DNA of 64,000 nt from NCBI GenBank assembly GCA_964201665.1, contig CAXNEW010000002.1, forward strand, positions 9,807 to 73,806, written 5' to 3'. Every line of letters begins with the position of its first letter. Within the stretch, counting starts at the first letter, position 1. The position numbers and the translations under genes were made by a program. The notes beneath the pieces are model-generated. The model did no database searches. It had not been told where the DNA came from and saw only the letters and a list, made by a program, of their open reading frames with translations. The stretch is from Bdellovibrionota bacterium. Its GTDB lineage: Bacteria; Bdellovibrionota; UBA2428. Shown here in pieces: positions 29,271-37,650 of this stretch.

Positions 29271-30989
29271 TTATGGTGTTTCTACAGGGGCCTCAATCGG
29301 TAGGGTCACCCTAAACACGGTGCCCGTTCGCGGAATTGAAAAATCACCAAAATACTGTTCTTGGGGGCTGCCTGGCGGAGGAATTTCTCCGGGAGTCTTT
29401 GAATAGAGGCTAACGACTCCACCATGCTTTTCTACAAAAAACTTACTGAGATAAAGGCCCAATCCTGTGCCTTTTATAGAAAGTTGAGAAGGGGTGCTTT
29501 CTTGGACCCCTCTAACAAATTTTTGAAAAACCCGGTCGCGTTCTTCAGCTGGAATTCCCGGGCCTTCGTCCTGAATCTCAAACCAGATGCCCTCTTGAGG
29601 GGGCGAGAGTTCAGGACAAACCGAGAGCTCTCCACTTTTTAATCGTATCGTGGACCCATCCGGAGAATATCTTGCGGCGTTATCTAAGATATTTGAAGCC
29701 ACCTCCGCAATGAGGCCTTTATCGAGATCGAGTAAAAACAAAGGCTCAAAATCAGTAACGATTCGAATGCCTCGGTCTTTAACGGCTTGTTGATGCTGTT
29801 CAACACAGGTCTGTAAAATTTCGTTTAGGTCGGTAGGTTCGCGTTTGATTCGCAAATCGCGACTTTCGATTCGACTTAAAATAAGAAGGGTTGAAATCGT
29901 TCGTTGAAGATCGCCACTTGCTGACAAAATTTTAGAAATAGATTCTGATTGAGCCTGTGTGATCGATCCGAACTCACCTCGCGACAACCTTTCCAAAACG
30001 GATTGCATTCGGGCGATGGGGGTTTTCAGATCGTGCGAAACTAGACTTAAAAAATTATTCCGCATTTCATCAAGCTGCACCAGGTTTTGGGCTTTTTGAT
30101 CCAGCGCCCAGTCTTTTCTTTCTCTTTTGTCGAGTCGGTCTGAAAGGCCCAAAAGATAAACACTAACAATTGATATCCAAGGAGCCGCAAGGGGCAATTG
30201 ATATCCGGCCTTATCAAAGGAAATCATTGCAACCACAAATAAAAATCCGGCAAAAATAAGTGTGAAAAGTAGAGTGAGAAAAATGGGATAGGTGTAAAGT
30301 ACCCAAGCAACAATGGTGGCAGAGGCCAAAGAAACAAGGAATTGTGTGTACCTGCTGAAAATTTTTAATGAAATCTTGTCGACGGCATTTCCTACAACGT
30401 TAAGACCAACATCAATAGAAGTCATGAAGCCCGCAGGTGTTTCGAGTCTGAACTTGTTGTTAAAATTTTCAGGTATCACCACAAGAATAGGAGAATCATT
30501 TTCGGATTCAATTTTTCCTCGAATAACCTCATGGACTTTATAGGAATAGAGGCTTGCCCTAAGGGGATTAAAAACCGGAAGTTTGCCGTAAAATGAAATT
30601 GAGTAGGGGTCTGGAATCGGATGCTCCACTCCATAAATGGCCGTGTGAATAAAGGGGTACAAGGACTCGTAGCTGTCTAACGAAAATTTTTGTGTCAGAT
30701 CAAAAACCTGGCATCCCAAACGCCTAAAGTTCAAATCAGGAATGAAGCTAATACACTGCTTTGGATTTACTATTTTGGCGCCCTCAATAAGTGCCGAGGG
30801 ATTGTCACTTTCTGAGGCTTGAATAACTGTGAGTCGCTGGCCCGGGATTCGTTCACCGCGAATTGAGTATTGCACCCGCAAAAGAGCTCCATCCAAAATA
30901 TTAAAGGGCAAAAGCCCGACAAAAGCCGCAGGCAAAATTCGCAGAAGTGAAGTTGGATGAAATGGCCCCAGCCGCATGAAAAATTTCAT
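29271..30989 (-). CDS. Membrane sensor histidine kinase
   Basis: TM segments, H-box (SLVSHDLKTPIARM), N/G boxes (NILDNAARYS ... DEGPGIP ... GTGLGL). Start placed at MKFFMRLGP. The 87 codons upstream in the ORF track look like spurious read-through. Confidence 0.8.
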   Translation of the reverse strand: MKFFMRLGPFHPTSLLRILPAAFVGLLPFNILDGALLRVQYSIRGERIPGQRLTVIQASESDNPSALIEGAKIVNPKQCISFIPDLNFRRLGCQVFDLTQKFSLDSYESLYPFIHTAIYGVEHPIPDPYSISFYGKLPVFNPLRASLYSYKVHEVIRGKIESENDSPILVVIPENFNNKFRLETPAGFMTSIDVGLNVVGNAVDKISLKIFSRYTQFLVSLASATIVAWVLYTYPIFLTLLFTLIFAGFLFVVAMISFDKAGYQLPLAAPWISIVSVYLLGLSDRLDKRERKDWALDQKAQNLVQLDEMRNNFLSLVSHDLKTPIARMQSVLERLSRGEFGSITQAQSESISKILSASGDLQRTISTLLILSRIESRDLRIKREPTDLNEILQTCVEQHQQAVKDRGIRIVTDFEPLFLLDLDKGLIAEVASNILDNAARYSPDGSTIRLKSGELSVCPELSPPQEGIWFEIQDEGPGIPAEERDRVFQKFVRGVQESTPSQLSIKGTGLGLYLSKFFVEKHGGVVSLYSKTPGEIPPPGSPQEQYFGDFSIPRTGTVFRVTLPIEAPVETP

Positions 30990-31089
30990 ACCCCTTCTGG
31001 GGCAAGGCCGCCAGCCTTTTACTTTGAGTTTTGGTATACTTCTTTGGGTGGGGCTCGCATTATCAGCAAAAAAAAAGAAGCAAACGGCA

Positions 31090-31488
31090 ATGTTACTGGA
31101 CTTTACTCCCGAAAGTGCAGCAGTGATTCGTTCGCTTTTAGCGAAGTTCCAAATAGATTTAGTTGAGTGGAAAACCGAGGGAGTTGGTTGGGTTGCCGAT
31201 TGGCAAAGGGTTAAGCCCGATTTTTTCTTTGTTGATTTGCAGCTTCCCAAAAGGGACGGACTGTTTGTCGTCGAAAAACTGAGGCAAATGGACCCTCAAG
31301 TCGTCATTTGTTTTATGCATTCTTATGTAGGTATTCTTGCCAATCATGTTGAACTCAAAGCTATGGCTCTGGGGGCAGCGATGGTTATCCAAAAACCAAT
31401 TGTTGAAAAACGATTTAGTGTGGGAATTAGGCGGTTGGTGGGGATTAAGGCAAAGGTAATGGGCCTAAAGCGCATGAAATACACGTGA
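31090..31488 (+). CDS. Putative stand-alone receiver (CheY-like) domain protein, divergent from the histidine kinase
   Basis: FFFVDLQLPKRDGL (phospho-acceptor Asp region), VVICFM, and a conserved K-P (VIQKPI). N-terminal acidic pocket is atypical. Confidence 0.4.
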   Translation: MLLDFTPESAAVIRSLLAKFQIDLVEWKTEGVGWVADWQRVKPDFFFVDLQLPKRDGLFVVEKLRQMDPQVVICFMHSYVGILANHVELKAMALGAAMVIQKPIVEKRFSVGIRRLVGIKAKVMGLKRMKYT

Positions 31489-31518
31489 GCTTGGTTGCCG
31501 AGCTCGGTGCACCGCGGG

Positions 31519-31743
31519 CTTTTTGCTCGGTTCCAACGGTGTTCGTGCAAAAATCGTTGGCTTCGCTAGAGTTTTGCACGAACACCGTTGGCTCGGACAC
31601 CCGGTGGTTCGTGCACGAATACCGATGGAATCGACACCAGAAGTTACGTATTGGAAAGCACGATTGGCTCTTAGGTCTTCCAGTGGACTGGCTCGGGTTC
31701 TTCCACTGGAAGGCTTTAGAGCCAATCGTGCTTTCCTGCCAAG
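31519..31743. repeat. 225-bp highly structured repeat element, copy A
   Basis: Perfect 20-bp inverted repeat CCAACGGTGTTCGTGCAAAA / TTTTGCACGAACACCGTTGG (31533-31591). Nested hairpin GGAAAGCACGATTGGCTC[CTTCCAGTGGA...TCCACTGGAAG]GAGCCAATCGTGCTTTCC. Near-identical to 32551-32775. Confidence 0.75.
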
Positions 31744-31790
31744 GTCCGAAGTAAAGATGCCTCGCGCTCTAGCCTTGCCAGCCCGGAGGA

Positions 31791-32012
31791 TTGTTAATGG
31801 GTCTCAATGAGAATAAAATGCCAAAGGTAATGAAAATCGTTGGTAAACGAAAGCCTAGTCGGGGGACACTTGAGGATGCTTCCCACTTTTTAAAATTGGT
31901 TTTGAAGCTTTTTGAGGGCAATCAGTTAATTCCTAAAGGCGTCTATCGTTTTAAAAGTTTTGAGGATGCTCAAGATAAAACTATCAATGAAAGTTTAAAA
32001 ACCAAAAAATGA
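31791..32012 (+). CDS. Small hypothetical protein (73 aa) whose end overlaps the nucleotidyltransferase start
   Basis: ATGA 4-nt overlap with the next gene. No recognized motif. Start uncertain, because the ORF begins inside the edge of repeat A. Confidence 0.35.
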   Translation: MLMGLNENKMPKVMKIVGKRKPSRGTLEDASHFLKLVLKLFEGNQLIPKGVYRFKSFEDAQDKTINESLKTKK

Positions 32013-32494
32013 GTCGTGAAAAAATTGAATATTCGAGGCCGCCAACTGTTGAGGACCTTGTGAATCTCTGCAGATCTTTGAACGATGAAGGCGTGCAGTA
32101 CATTGTTATTGGCGGGCTTGCAATTATTGCTCAGGGTTTTACTCGTGCTACCGAAGACATTGATTTGTTGATTAAGGATGATCTTAAAAACCATCAAAAA
32201 CTCATAAAGGTTCTTTCGAAATTACCTGACGGCGCGGCTTCTGAACTCAGTCCAGCTGATATTTCTGAGTTTGAGGTCATACGGGTGGCTGATGAATTTG
32301 TTGTGGATTTGATGACTCGTGCCTGCGGTGAAAAGTTTGAAGGCAATCAACATCTGATTGAAAAAAAAATAATTGAAGGGGTTTCGATTCCCTTTGCTTC
32401 GTCCGAACTTCTTTTAAAGCTCAAACAAGGAGTGAGGCCGAAAGATAAAATGGATCGTGATTTTTTAGAAAAAAAACTTCTAAAGAAAAATTAG
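32009..32494 (+). CDS. Minimal nucleotidyltransferase (Pol-beta superfamily, MNT/AbiEii-like motif)
   Basis: YIVIGGLAIIAQGFTRATEDIDLLI matches hG[GS]-x(9-13)-[DE]hDh of minimal NTases (compare AbiEii GGTAL...RFSEDLDF). 161 aa. Confidence 0.55.
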   Translation: MSREKIEYSRPPTVEDLVNLCRSLNDEGVQYIVIGGLAIIAQGFTRATEDIDLLIKDDLKNHQKLIKVLSKLPDGAASELSPADISEFEVIRVADEFVVDLMTRACGEKFEGNQHLIEKKIIEGVSIPFASSELLLKLKQGVRPKDKMDRDFLEKKLLKKN

Positions 32495-32550
32495 AATTTA
32501 AAGTAGCAAAACTAAATGAGTCGGAAAAAATTCCGCTCCAGCTTCGCGAG

Positions 32551-32775
32551 CTTTTTGCTCGGTTCCAACGGTGTTCGTGCAAAAATCGTTGGCTTCGCTG
32601 GATTTTTGCACGAACACCGTTTGCTCGGACACCCGGGGGTTCGTGCACGACTACCGATGGAATCGACACCAGAAGTTACGTATTGGAAAGCACGATTGGC
32701 TCTTAGGTCTTCCAGTGGACTGGCTCGGGTTCTTCCACTGGAAGGCTTTAGAGCCAATCGTGCTTTCCTGCCAAG
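32551..32775. repeat. 225-bp highly structured repeat element, copy B (direct repeat of 31519-31743)
   Basis: Same hairpins as copy A with about six substitutions. Followed at 32797-32827 by a second copy of the last ~30 nt of the NTase ORF (AAAAAACTTCTAAAGAAAAATTA). Confidence 0.75.
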
Positions 32776-32824
32776 ATTCGAAGGTGTCTCGTGATTTTTT
32801 TAAAAAAAAACTTCTAAAGAAAAA

Positions 32825-33916
32825 TTAAAACTTAATGTGTTTTTTTCTGACGATGACTTCCCGGAGTACGGCCATGCACGCCGTTATTCCCTCGGTGCCA
32901 AGGCGCTGGGACACGGCTTGCCCGAGGGGGCTAGACTCCCCAAGGACTTCAAAAAACGCAGCTCTTTCTGCGGCTTCGAGTTCAGCCATGTATCGATCAT
33001 CCGATTCCATAAAGGGCAGTTCAAAATGAACGATGTTGTAGATCTCTAAATACTTTTCAAGTGCAGTTGGTTTTGCGGGCGGGGTATTTGGAGATTCTGT
33101 AACGGTAATTAATTGGGATTGGGCCTTTGCATTTACCGTCTGAACTTCACCAGGGTTTTTCTCTGGGATCAGCTCTGAACTTGGCGCTAAAAACTGAGAA
33201 TCAAGCTCGTTTAGGTTTTGGACAAAACGATTGAGTTCTTTGAGGCCATTTTTGGCTCGGCCCGAGGATCGAGATTTTGGAGATTTGCGAATCACGGCCT
33301 TATATTTTTTCTCGTACTCAGTAATTTTGCCCGTTACAACGGTCTTAAAAAAAGGATCACTAAGTAGGGTTAATAAAAAATTAGGATTCTTTTCTGTGAG
33401 GTCAGCAAGGGCTCCAAAAAGTCGGGTATGGCCAATGGGATTCAAATGTTTAAAATACAGGCCAAGTCGTCGCGGTGTTTCTCCGGGGCCACCAATCCAA
33501 AAGTGGAGTGCGGTTAAATACCAGTGAAAAAGTGAACTGTAACGACCACTCGTAAATTCTTCTGACAAAAAGCGATTTAAAATGGCTTCGCTTTTTCCGT
33601 CCGTAAGGACATAAACAAAAAAAGTATAAAAATGAGCCTTTAGTTTTCCGGCGGCAAATTTCTTTTCCAAGGCCGAGGGGATTTCTTGATATTCAGTTAA
33701 AAATACTTGAGGGGCGAGGGTCGATTTTTGATCCAGAAGAAACTGAACATCCTCCCATTGAAGAACATATCTGTTTGTTAAAGGGCCCTCTTGAATTTTC
33801 TGTAGGATTGTTTGAGCGGAAATGTTGCCAAGGGACCAAAGTTTTGGTGCTAGGAAATTTTGGAATGCAGAAATTACAAAGATCAAAAGACCGAGTCGCC
33901 GTTTGGGATTTAACAT
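32825..33916 (-). CDS. Membrane-anchored hypothetical protein, paralog 1
   Basis: N-terminal TM (LLIFVISAFQNFLAPKLWS). Conserved C-terminus PPAKPTALEKYLEIYNIVHFELPFMESDDRYMAELEAAE shared with 34017-35177, including ~130 identical nucleotides. Confidence 0.55.
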   Translation of the reverse strand: MLNPKRRLGLLIFVISAFQNFLAPKLWSLGNISAQTILQKIQEGPLTNRYVLQWEDVQFLLDQKSTLAPQVFLTEYQEIPSALEKKFAAGKLKAHFYTFFVYVLTDGKSEAILNRFLSEEFTSGRYSSLFHWYLTALHFWIGGPGETPRRLGLYFKHLNPIGHTRLFGALADLTEKNPNFLLTLLSDPFFKTVVTGKITEYEKKYKAVIRKSPKSRSSGRAKNGLKELNRFVQNLNELDSQFLAPSSELIPEKNPGEVQTVNAKAQSQLITVTESPNTPPAKPTALEKYLEIYNIVHFELPFMESDDRYMAELEAAERAAFFEVLGESSPLGQAVSQRLGTEGITACMAVLREVIVRKKHIKF

Positions 33917-34016
33917 TTCCTGTTTTCAGTAAAATAATTAGCGCATTGAGTCAATAGATATGAGTTTAGAGGGGCAGGTCATTGCTTCGCCATGAGGGCG
34001 TGCCCTGCTCATGAAA

Positions 34017-35177
34017 CTAAGGTCGGTTTGAAATTTTAAGCGTTTGTTTATTCTTTATTGTTTTCCTGAGTTCGGCCATGCACGCGGAGATTCCCTCAGT
34101 GCCCAGGCGTTGGACTACCGCCTGAGTTAAGGGATTATTTATTCCAAGGGTTTCAGCAAGCGCAGCTTTTTCTGCGGCTTCGAGTTCAGCCATGTATCGA
34201 TCATCCGATTCCATAAAGGGCAGTTCAAAATGAACGATGTTATAGATCTCTAAATACTTTTCAAGTGCAGTTGGTTTTGCGGGCGGGGTATCTAAGGACT
34301 TGGCGCCAGGAATTTTTTGGGATTGGGCCTCAAGTTTGGTGGGGTTTGATTCTTGAGGGCCTGTATACCCGGTAAGTTTTTGTTCCCAGGTCAGCTCTTC
34401 TGAACTTGGGTCAAAAAATTTAGGATCAAGCTCTTTTAAATTTTCCACCAACTGCTCGAGTGCTCTGAGGCCGTTGCGATCCCGGCCAGTTGCCCTGGAA
34501 TTTGGAAATTCTTGAATTGCCGCTTTATATTTTTTTTTCCAATCCCGAATTTTTGAATGAACAACTTCTCTAAAATTTGAGTCTTCCAGAAGCTTTCCCA
34601 TGAAGGTGGGGTTTTCTTTTGTGAGTAGGGCAAGGGATTTAAACAACTTTGTGTGGCCAATCGGGTTTAACGATTTAAAGTGGTGTCCAAGTCTTCGAGG
34701 AGCCTCGCCGACTCCGCCAGTCCAGAAATTGAGCGCCCTTAAATGGAATTCCAAAGCTGAATTATATTTTTTGTTTCCAAATTTAAGTACCAAATAGCTA
34801 TTTAAAATGTTTTCGTCTTTTCCTTCGGTCAAAGCATAAACGAAAAAGGTATAAAAAAGAGTAGGAATAAGTCGGCCAGTAGCAAGTTCCGCTTCAATTG
34901 CAGCAGAGATCGGCAGGGTCGCAGCCGAAAATTGTTGAGGCCCTAGTTCTGACTTTAGGTCCAAAAGATACTCGACCTCATACCAGTCAAGTTCTTTGCT
35001 TCTTAAACCAACCCCTCGAATTTTTTGTAGGATTGATTCAACTGAAATATTTTGAAAGGACCAAAGGGTTGGAGCTAGGAAATTTTGCACCGAAGAAATT
35101 ACGAAAAATATAAGGACAAGTTTCTGTTTTGGCTTAAACACGTCCCCTTGGTAGTCGTGATTGGTGCCACGTGTCAA
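34017..35177 (-). CDS. Membrane-anchored hypothetical protein, paralog 2
   Basis: Same architecture and C-terminus as 32825-33916. Shared internal motifs FYTFFVY.LT.GK, HFW.GG.GE.PRRLG..FK.LNPIGHT.LF. Confidence 0.55.
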   Translation of the reverse strand: MTRGTNHDYQGDVFKPKQKLVLIFFVISSVQNFLAPTLWSFQNISVESILQKIRGVGLRSKELDWYEVEYLLDLKSELGPQQFSAATLPISAAIEAELATGRLIPTLFYTFFVYALTEGKDENILNSYLVLKFGNKKYNSALEFHLRALNFWTGGVGEAPRRLGHHFKSLNPIGHTKLFKSLALLTKENPTFMGKLLEDSNFREVVHSKIRDWKKKYKAAIQEFPNSRATGRDRNGLRALEQLVENLKELDPKFFDPSSEELTWEQKLTGYTGPQESNPTKLEAQSQKIPGAKSLDTPPAKPTALEKYLEIYNIVHFELPFMESDDRYMAELEAAEKAALAETLGINNPLTQAVVQRLGTEGISACMAELRKTIKNKQTLKISNRP

Positions 35178-35217
35178 TTCTGTTTTTCTAAGCCCGGTTG
35201 GTATCAGTCAGAGCGGT

Positions 35218-36348
35218 CTATAGGAGTTTTTGCACCTTAGGGACGAGTGCATCAAAAACAATTTTAGCCAATTTAGATCTTCCCTTAACCGAGAAATGCC
35301 AGGCGTCCAGGTTGCTAATATCTTCGAGAGCGTAGTCCATTTCTATATAAATATTTTCCGACACGGTTACTTTTATTTTGGGAGATTCCAGCTGAACTTT
35401 GAGTGCTGCTTTGTCTATTTGTAAATTAAACCGATCAACTGATTGAGCGAGTCCCTCTCTAACTTCAGGAAAATATCCTTTGCATAGAGAATAACACTCT
35501 TCGAGATAGGGATAAGAAGAGCTATTCCTATCTTTTCCAAAATAAATTTGTTCTGCTGTTGCTCGCGCTTTAAAATTTTTTCGAAAATCAAGCAATTTGA
35601 AGACAACAATTTCTGCGCCTGGAGAAAGGCTTTTGCTTAGGCGCGATAGTTGATTCTCAAATTCTTTTCCAAACAAAAATTCTCGTTGACTTAATAATTC
35701 TTTAGTCAAAGGAAAAACAGAGTTAGAGTTTTCGAGCCAATCGGTGTCGTTGTGTCCAATCCAAACCCCAACTAAATTTGGTTTAGTTTTCATTTCCAAA
35801 ATCGAATCGACCTGTTGATCAAAATTATATGATTTAATAACCTTTTGGCGGAAAAAAGATTTTACCGGGAGAACGTGTGCGCCTCCTCTGGAAAGATTGA
35901 CGAGCTCGATTGCTTTTGAGGTGCCTATTTCCTCGCTCCAAGTTTGCATAAGTTCAGAAAAAGATTGTACGGAATCTGGGCTATCAGAATTATCTAAAAT
36001 TGGGCTATTGAACTGTTTTGTTCTTAAGTCCCACAGATTAAAAATTGGGGACGCCAATTCAAAGGAGGTAAAGAGACTATCTCCGATGAAAGTCACTAAA
36101 ATCGTTTCCATTTTGTTTCTATCGACTGTTTTTGCTTTGGGAAAAATTTTCAGTGAATTGGGTTCGGTTTGAAAATTTTCTGCTGCAGCATAACCAGCCC
36201 CTAGTCCGAGGGTGCCGAGGGTTCCAATAACTACTTTCTTTAATTTTGAACGGCAATTTGCCTGTGATTCCTGATGTGTCCCCAGTGAGAAAGCGACTAA
36301 AAGGAGGGCGTACTTGAATTTCATTGCAGTACCCTTAAAAGATTTCAT
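35218..36348 (-). CDS. Secreted SGNH/GDSL-family hydrolase
   Basis: Signal peptide, FIGDSLF (GDS(L) block I), VGVWIGHNDTDW (GxND block III). Confidence 0.6.
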   Translation of the reverse strand: MKSFKGTAMKFKYALLLVAFSLGTHQESQANCRSKLKKVVIGTLGTLGLGAGYAAAENFQTEPNSLKIFPKAKTVDRNKMETILVTFIGDSLFTSFELASPIFNLWDLRTKQFNSPILDNSDSPDSVQSFSELMQTWSEEIGTSKAIELVNLSRGGAHVLPVKSFFRQKVIKSYNFDQQVDSILEMKTKPNLVGVWIGHNDTDWLENSNSVFPLTKELLSQREFLFGKEFENQLSRLSKSLSPGAEIVVFKLLDFRKNFKARATAEQIYFGKDRNSSSYPYLEECYSLCKGYFPEVREGLAQSVDRFNLQIDKAALKVQLESPKIKVTVSENIYIEMDYALEDISNLDAWHFSVKGRSKLAKIVFDALVPKVQKLL

Positions 36349-36425
36349 TTTTTCAGTCTATATATATAACTCGATGCGTTAAGTCAAGTGGAAGTCTTTT
36401 TCCAAGGAAGCAACAATTGTCTACT

Positions 36426-36490
36426 AATTGTAAACTTTTGTGAATTTAATTGTAAACGTTGCTTATTGGTTTTTCGTTGTGTTTACAATT
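36426..36490. promoter_or_regulatory. Three copies of AATTGTAAAC (two direct, 21 bp apart, one inverted) in the divergent promoter region
   Basis: AATTGTAAAC at 36426-36435 and 36447-36456. GTTTACAATT at 36481-36490. Confidence 0.45.
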
Positions 36491-36553
36491 AGAATACAAT
36501 TAAGGCATTAAAGGGGAAGCCTGGGACAAGGCATTTAAAACAAAAAGTGAACT

Positions 36554-37582
36554 ATGAAGAAAAAATTAGATATCCGGACAAAAATATTGGTCTTAATCTC
36601 AGATTCCAAAGCGGGCTTGAGTGCGCCTGAAATTGCCAAAAACCTGGACCTCTCTCGACAAATGGTTGTTCGGTACTTGTCTGAACTTGTGCAAGCAAAA
36701 AATCTTGTTAAAACCGGTTCAACAAAGAATGCCCGGTATTTAATTTACCAAAAAGATCTGTCTTCAAAAGATCTGCAAATCCATTTGGTCAAAAACCTTA
36801 AGGGCCTTGAGGAGGACACAGTTTTTTCAGAAGTTTCACTAAGACTCGGTCTTCCTAAGAAATGTTCGCAAAAAACTTTGGCTATTCTAAAGTATGCATT
36901 TACTGAGATGCTCAATAATGCCATCGATCATTCTAAATCTGAAAAAGCCGAAATTGATTTTAAAGTCGAACAAAAGGAAGTTTTTTTTCAGGTTCGAGAT
37001 TACGGGGTTGGGGTTTTTGAGAGGGTTAAAAAATCTTTTAATCTCGATGATCATTTTAGTGCGGTTGAACATTTACTCAAAGGAAAACAAACTACTGACC
37101 CGAGCCGCCATAGCGGTCAGGGAATCTTTTTTACAAGTCGAGTAGCTGATAGATTTATTCTAAAATCAAACGAAACTGAGTTAACAATCGATAACCGCAG
37201 GGATGACTATTTTTTAAAAGATGTGCCCAAGAGCAAAGGTACATGGCTAGAGTTTCGAATCAGTCGACAGACCCGTAAGGAACTACGGGAGGTTTTTAAC
37301 GAATTCAGCAATGACGATTTCGAATTCGATAAAAATTCCGTACGCGTAAAACTCACTGCTGAAAATAATCTGGTTTCTAGGTCTGAAGCCAAACGCTTGT
37401 TAGTAGGACTCGAATTGTATGAAAGAATCGAATTTGATTTCAACAAGGTAAAAACCGTTGGCCAAGGTTTTGCTGATGAAATCTTTAGAGTATTTCAAAG
37501 CTCCCATCCAAAAATTGTCCTGAGTTACACACACGCGGAGCCCGCAATTGCCTTCATGATAGAGCGAGCTCGAAAAGGGTAG
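36554..37582 (+). CDS. wHTH, GHKL-type ATPase, STAS-like (DUF4325-like) domain protein
   Basis: N-terminal wHTH (LSAPEIAKNLDLSRQMVVRYLSEL). HATPase_c-like N/G boxes (FTEMLNNAIDHS ... VRDYGVGV ... HSGQGIFF). C-terminal STAS-like segment (EAKRLLVGLELYERIEFDF ... GQGFADEIFR). Confidence 0.55.
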   Translation: MKKKLDIRTKILVLISDSKAGLSAPEIAKNLDLSRQMVVRYLSELVQAKNLVKTGSTKNARYLIYQKDLSSKDLQIHLVKNLKGLEEDTVFSEVSLRLGLPKKCSQKTLAILKYAFTEMLNNAIDHSKSEKAEIDFKVEQKEVFFQVRDYGVGVFERVKKSFNLDDHFSAVEHLLKGKQTTDPSRHSGQGIFFTSRVADRFILKSNETELTIDNRRDDYFLKDVPKSKGTWLEFRISRQTRKELREVFNEFSNDDFEFDKNSVRVKLTAENNLVSRSEAKRLLVGLELYERIEFDFNKVKTVGQGFADEIFRVFQSSHPKIVLSYTHAEPAIAFMIERARKG

Positions 37583-37589
37583 TAACTCA

Positions 37590-37650
37590 AGCGCGTTTGC
37601 CAAGCGCGGTAGAGATTCCTCACTTCGTTCGGAATGACTTCAAAATACAA
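37590..37650. repeat. REP-like unit (GAGATTCCTCACTTCGTTCGGAATGAC) preceded by the palindrome GCGCGTTTGCCAAGCGCG
   Basis: Same core as 20090-20125. Lies between convergent genes. Confidence 0.5.

Noticed and set aside
30990-31250. 87-codon N-terminal extension of the histidine kinase in the ORF track
   Set aside because: The extension is a Cys/Phe-rich unstructured read-through. A good internal ATG (MKFFMRLGP) precedes the first TM. The extension would also collide with the divergent receiver gene.
31465-31810. Several 85-95-aa ORFs on both strands inside repeat copy A (31465-31725 -, 31485-31754 +, 31523-31810 +), and equivalents in copy B (32512-32757 -, 32516-32794 +, 32571-32828 +)
   Set aside because: They lie within a palindromic, highly structured repeat present twice. 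The mirror-image ORFs on both strands are the expected artefact of the inverted repeats.
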